Part shown: piece by piece, positions 45,866 through 64,000 of the stretch | Layout of the letters: every line of letters starts with the position of its first letter | Position numbering within the stretch: the stretch's first letter is position 1 | Source of the DNA: Guillardia theta CCMP2712 | Lineage: Eukaryota; Protista; Cryptophyta | DNA: 64,000 nucleotides | Assembly: GCF_000315625.1 (NCBI RefSeq) | Contig: NW_005434661.1 | Location: forward strand, 236,878 to 300,877 | Reading direction: 5' to 3' | The notes under the pieces: generated by a model | Told to the model about the DNA's origin: nothing | Databases searched by the model: none | What the model saw: the letters and a program-made list of their open reading frames with translations, nothing else | Made by a program: the position numbers and the translations under genes

Positions 45866-48712
45866 ATGCGCCGAGATATGAAGGTTGAAGACCAGGAGTT
45901 CGTAGCTGACTATCCCTCTAGCAGAGCCACCCCGAGATGTACCGGAACGGCCCTCATCAACAAAGCTACAGGTGTACTCATCACATCTCAAATCTGTTTC
46001 TTGACTCGTTTGCCAAGGATCCAACCCGTTGCACCCAGCCAGCAGGATAATCCATACCAGACGGAGAGCTATGGGTCGGGTCAGGTGTGAAGTTGTGCGG
46101 CGGCGCCTCTACCGTTTGCTGATGTTTGACTCAGGCGATGGCTTATGACCAAGAGGGGTTGATTCATGGATCTGATGGAAACACAAGGTAACCCAAGGCC
46201 CCTCGAGTGAGATTGCAGCTTGACACGATGGCATCGAAGGTACCAGATGATTCGCGAGATGGAGGCGAGGGGAGCGCAAATGTTGGTTCCTTGCCCCGAT
46301 GTGATTGTTGGCCAGTGATGGTTGCTGGTCGAGCAGGGAGATGCGAGGCAGGCATGACCTACACTCGACGGTACTTGGATTGTTTCGCGGCTGCTTGTCC
46401 TTGACTGGAGGAAGGCGCCGGCATACGCATATCGAGTCGGGGAGTACTCGGGTGGCAGCCAGGTCCAGCAGGATCGCTCCCCTTCCAACAGCGCCCCAGC
46501 TCAACCCCTGAGCATCGAGAAAGATCCGATTCTCGCCCAGGTGAGGATGGACTGCGCAGACGGGTCGGTGTAGACGAGAAGGGTGCAGAGAGCAGAGCGA
46601 CGACGATAGCGAACTGCAGTGACGTTGACATTCATGCAGGTCATGGAGAGAGGACGTCGTCAGCGTGAATATGACAGGTGCCGCAATGTTCGAGGAGATT
46701 CGTTCCATACAATCTCGCCCCTTTCCCCACCGCCTTTCTTCAACTTGCACTGTGGCCTACCTTAATTCTTCAACCTGCACCGCCTACCTTCATTCCGTCA
46801 TTGCCTTTTTGGCTCTAAATTTGTTGATTGCACGTGATCAGGCGTCTCAACGAGAGCAGTAACAGCGAGAACTACTCTCCTGGGCATGGTGGTCTCTTGA
46901 CATCTGTCTTCCTACCGTGATTTCTCACATCCTAACAGCGACTGGAGCTGCTCCGGACATCTCTACTGTGTGCCCACCTGATGCCCTTTGCTGTTTCATC
47001 TTATTTTCCCTTGCAGCCTCCTCCTCCTCGCAATCCACTCCCTCCTCCTCCTCATCGTAACCATACTGCGGTGATATGCTACAGCCAACCTTCTCCCCTT
47101 ACCCGTCCTGGCCAAGCCACTACTTCTTCCCACTACCTCTCCATATCGCAGCCCTTTTCCTGATGTGCTTTGCAGCATTCAAGTCAAGTTCCTATCTCGA
47201 GCATTCCAAGGCGGCCGGATGTGACTGTCCCCAGCGGAAGGAGGCGAGAGATAATCAGTGCAGCAGGCGCGCGAGGGAGAGAGACGAACTCCTGGGGAAG
47301 GGAATCAAGACTGGGAGCTCCTGTGGGAGCAACGAGGGCCACCCTCTGCTTCCAGGCAGCCGGTCGGATCCTCTGCCCTCTGCCTGCATTGCTCCTCTGC
47401 TGCCTGTTCCTCCTCTCTCCGACAAGCCCTTCCTCCCACCTTGCTGGCTCTTCCTTATCTTCTCCATCCCCTTGCAGATCAGCGTATGTGACGTTCTTTC
47501 TGCTGAGCCTTGTTCCAGGCGCGTGCACGGGATGACGTGTTTGGCATCTATGGGCAGGCGGGATCAGGAGACTCCTACACGGGGAGGTTCGAAATGAGGA
47601 GGGGATTTGGCCCGGTATTGACAGCATTTCCACTTTGCTTGCGCTCATTTGCATTTCCCCCCCCCGCTCCTTGTTCCTCCCCCTCTCCCCCGGACTTCTA
47701 TTCTCCCCTTACATGTGAGTTGCCAGGTCAAGCGCGGAACCATCGGGCTGGGGTTGTCGCAGAAGAATGGCGACACCATCGTCTCCTCGCTCCTCCCCGG
47801 ACTCCCTGCGAGCAACAACGGAAGGATCATGGTCAGAACCTGCTCGTCCTGAACCCTGCACACCTCCCCCCCTTGCCTCCCCTGCCTCCTTCCTCCTGCC
47901 CTCCCACCTTCCTTCCTAGTTCTCTCCTCCCCCCCCCCTTCCATCCCCTTCTTCTTTCTTGCTTTCTTCTCCCGAGCTGACCCTACTGCAGGTCGGCGAC
48001 GTTCTCATCTGTGTGGACAATCGTCCGATCCCGGCAGATCTCAGCCAGACCATCGCGATGCTGCAGGTCGCCCGATGACCCGAGGGAGGAGCAGCTGAGG
48101 CTGATGGATGAGCGACAGGGGGAGGCAGGCAGAGGCGTCACGCTGATCTTGGAGCGTCGGGGAGCTGGCATGGTGAGCAAGAGCTGGGGAGGACGGGAGG
48201 AGAGCAGAGCGAGTGAGGGCAGCAGGAATGGGAAAAGTTTGGGTGGGGGACAAGGAGGATGGAGAGGAGGAGGATGAGAAGCAAGTGGGTGGGGTTGGCA
48301 GCTTTTGGGGGGGGGGGGGGGAGGGGAAGGGATAATGATGGAGTTGACAATCTGTGTAGTATGAGATTCATCTGACGAGGATGGTGATGCCGGAAGGTAA
48401 GGAGGAGAGGAGAGGACTTTCCTTGTCTTTCCCCTCACTTTCGAGCAGGTCAAAAGAGGATGGACGACAGGCGCAGGTGTGCGGCTGGAGAGAGAAGGAG
48501 AGAAGGGAGGGAGGGAGGCGAGGAAGAGAGGAGGGAGGTTGGAGGTGGTGGGTTTGGGAGGAAGGGGGAGAGGGGGGGGCAGACCATGACGTCATTTGTA
48601 GCATTCAGAGCATGAAGAGATCAACGGACTGCGGAGGAAGAATCTGCTCGATCCCCCTGTGAGGGCGACACGCTCAGAGGTTGTGTTAGGAAAAGATCAG
48701 ATCTCCTATTAA
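45866..48712 (+). CDS. Multi-exon protein with C-terminal PDZ domain
   Basis: Spliced exons 47727-47831, ~47992-48066 and ~48118-48172 give GTIGLGLSQKNGDTIVSSLLPGLPASNNGRIM|VGDVLICVDNRPIPADLSQTIAMLQ|GEAGRGVTLILER, a typical PDZ pattern. The last exon ends ...GKDQISY* at 48712. The 5' structure is uncertain. Confidence 0.6.
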
Positions 48713-48783
48713 CGAACCGCTCTGCTCAACTATCCCTGGTACTGTCAGCATTGACTGAACCGACCATTACCCGCTCCTCTCCT

Positions 48784-62320
<13,537 letters not shown>

Positions 62321-62594
62321 GTCTTCTTCACGCTTCAGGTCTCCATGCCGTTGCGACTGCCGGTCCTGGTTACAACTTTGTGGGACTTGATTCCGCCCTC
62401 AGCTCAACACCTCGAAGAGCAGCAGGAAAAGAAAGGATCAGGACAGGACGAAGGACTTCATATCTTCCAGCTTCATGCTGAGAAGAGCAGGACGAGGGAG
62501 GCAGGGCGACGCCATATCCCTCCTCCTCCGCCCTCCCTCATTGTACCATGTTGAACCTTGCGCTGCTAGTTTGTGAGTGTCCTGAGGCAGACTC

Positions 62595-62765
62595 CCTCCA
62601 TTACCACCCCCCTGGGTGTACCCCTACACATTTCTATTATACCACCTCCGACATGTTCTTGCCGCGGAAAAGTACCCTAACTTTTACACAAAAAACCACC
62701 CTTCATCATGGGAAACCTCAGAACAAAGTCCTACCCCTACCCCTCAAAATATCACCCCACCCTAT
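62595..62765. promoter_or_regulatory. Intergenic TACCCC element (copy 8, short), between divergent genes
   Basis: taccacccccc, gtacccctac, agtaccct, cctacccctacccctc, caccccaccc. Confidence 0.45.
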
Positions 62766-63544
62766 TCGTATCGCGCGCCTTCCTCTGAGACACCTCGTGA
62801 GCCCCTCATGCTCCCTCCTTCCGCTTCTTTCTCCTCCCCCGCTCCCTCTCCTCTCCTCTCCTCTCCTCTCCTCTCCCCCCTGTTCCTCTCCTTCTCCTTC
62901 TTCTTCTCCGCTCCTTTCCGGTTCCTCTCCTCTCCTCTCCTCTCCTCTCCTTCTTCATCCTATCCTCGTTCCTTCCTCCTCCTCTCCTCTTTCCTTGTCC
63001 CTTCTCTCGTCCTCCCTTGTACTTCCTCTGATTCACATCGACCCTGTCTTTGCCTTGTCTGCCGTCCCGCGCGCTACTTATTCCTCATCGCCATGACACC
63101 TGCTTACATTTACACATCATTGCGCATGTTTTTCTGATGAAATTCTATTATAGCCGTGTTCAATATCTATTTTCTCTTTCATGGCTTTTTCTAACTCATA
63201 ATCTCAAATATCTCTTCAGCTCTCCATCAACTTGCACACAAATTTGCCTGCATTAACTACATTTTCACGTGTTGGATGCTGGCACTGCGGTGTAGCTTAC
63301 AGACATTTTGCTATGATTTGTCTTTCGCTCTTCTCTACATAATTGTCCTGCTGAATTCAATCCACCACATTGTCGTGGTTGAAGATGCTTTTCTGATGTT
63401 GTGTAAGACGAAAACAATTACAGCTTCAGATTTTTCAGTCGCTTGTGTTTATCGAATTGCATTAAGGCTTTTGCTTCAATGTTACAATGTTATCTGAATC
63501 TTTGAAGTGCTTTCCTGTCCGCGAGGTTTTGATCATTGTGGCAG

Positions 63545-64000
63545 ATGGCAGAGGATGACTTCTACCTTCGGTATTACACGGGGCATCAAGGAAAGTTCGG
63601 CCACGAATTCTTGGAGTTCGAGTTCAGGCCTGACGGCAAGCTGAGATATGCAAACAACTCCAACTACAAGGGAGACAACATGATTCGAAAGGAAGTGTTT
63701 GTGAACGAAGGAATCCGTGAGGCTCTCAAGAAGATCGTGGCGGACAGTGAGATCATGAAGGAAGACGACAACAACTGGCCCATGCCTGACAAGGTTGGAC
63801 GGCAAGAGCTTGAGGTGAGTGCCTGATCTATCTCATGACTGGGGCTGATCTTTCCTACTTGATCAGATCGTGCTTGGTTCGGAGCACATCTCTTTCACAA
63901 CCACTAAGATTGGAAGCTTGCTGGATGTCGAAGACAGCAAGGATCCGGAGGGACTCAGGGTGTTCTATTACTTGGTGCAGGACATCAAGTGTTTCGTGTT
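63545..64000 (+). CDS. MAGO: Mago nashi (exon junction complex), 3' end beyond the window
   Basis: [38 protein letters not shown]...[13 protein letters not shown]; intron ~63814-63866; then [18 protein letters not shown]...[14 protein letters not shown]. Confidence 0.98.

Overview
Eukaryotic nuclear DNA, gene-dense, with many ~45-55 nt GT-AG introns (CTGAC/CTAAC-type branch points), purine/pyrimidine microsatellites and three 100-N gaps. The style (tiny introns, bipartite signal+transit leaders, a microbial rhodopsin) suggests a cryptophyte such as Guillardia theta; this is inference only. About 17 protein genes were reconstructed by hand: VPS18, a signal-peptide ankyrin protein, a cupin, a multi-EF-hand protein, an NmrA-like SDR, a MAPKK, a DUF179 + SirB1/transglutaminase-like fusion, a Lys-less microbial rhodopsin, a coiled-coil protein, a giant EGF/Cys-rich secreted glycoprotein, a nucleotide-sugar transporter, a GT-A glycosyltransferase, a PDZ protein, a very large P-loop NTPase + ankyrin (NLR-like) gene, mago nashi and two hypotheticals. 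The most striking non-coding signal is a recurring intergenic architecture. Genes mostly alternate head-to-head and tail-to-tail, and convergent gaps are tiny. Every gene 5' end whose upstream region lies in the window faces either a non-homologous ACCCCTACCCC/GTAC-rich element, often with an AT-rich TTGAA/TTCAA core (8 copies), or a CCGG-dense island (4 copies). All exon boundaries are hand-inferred and approximate.
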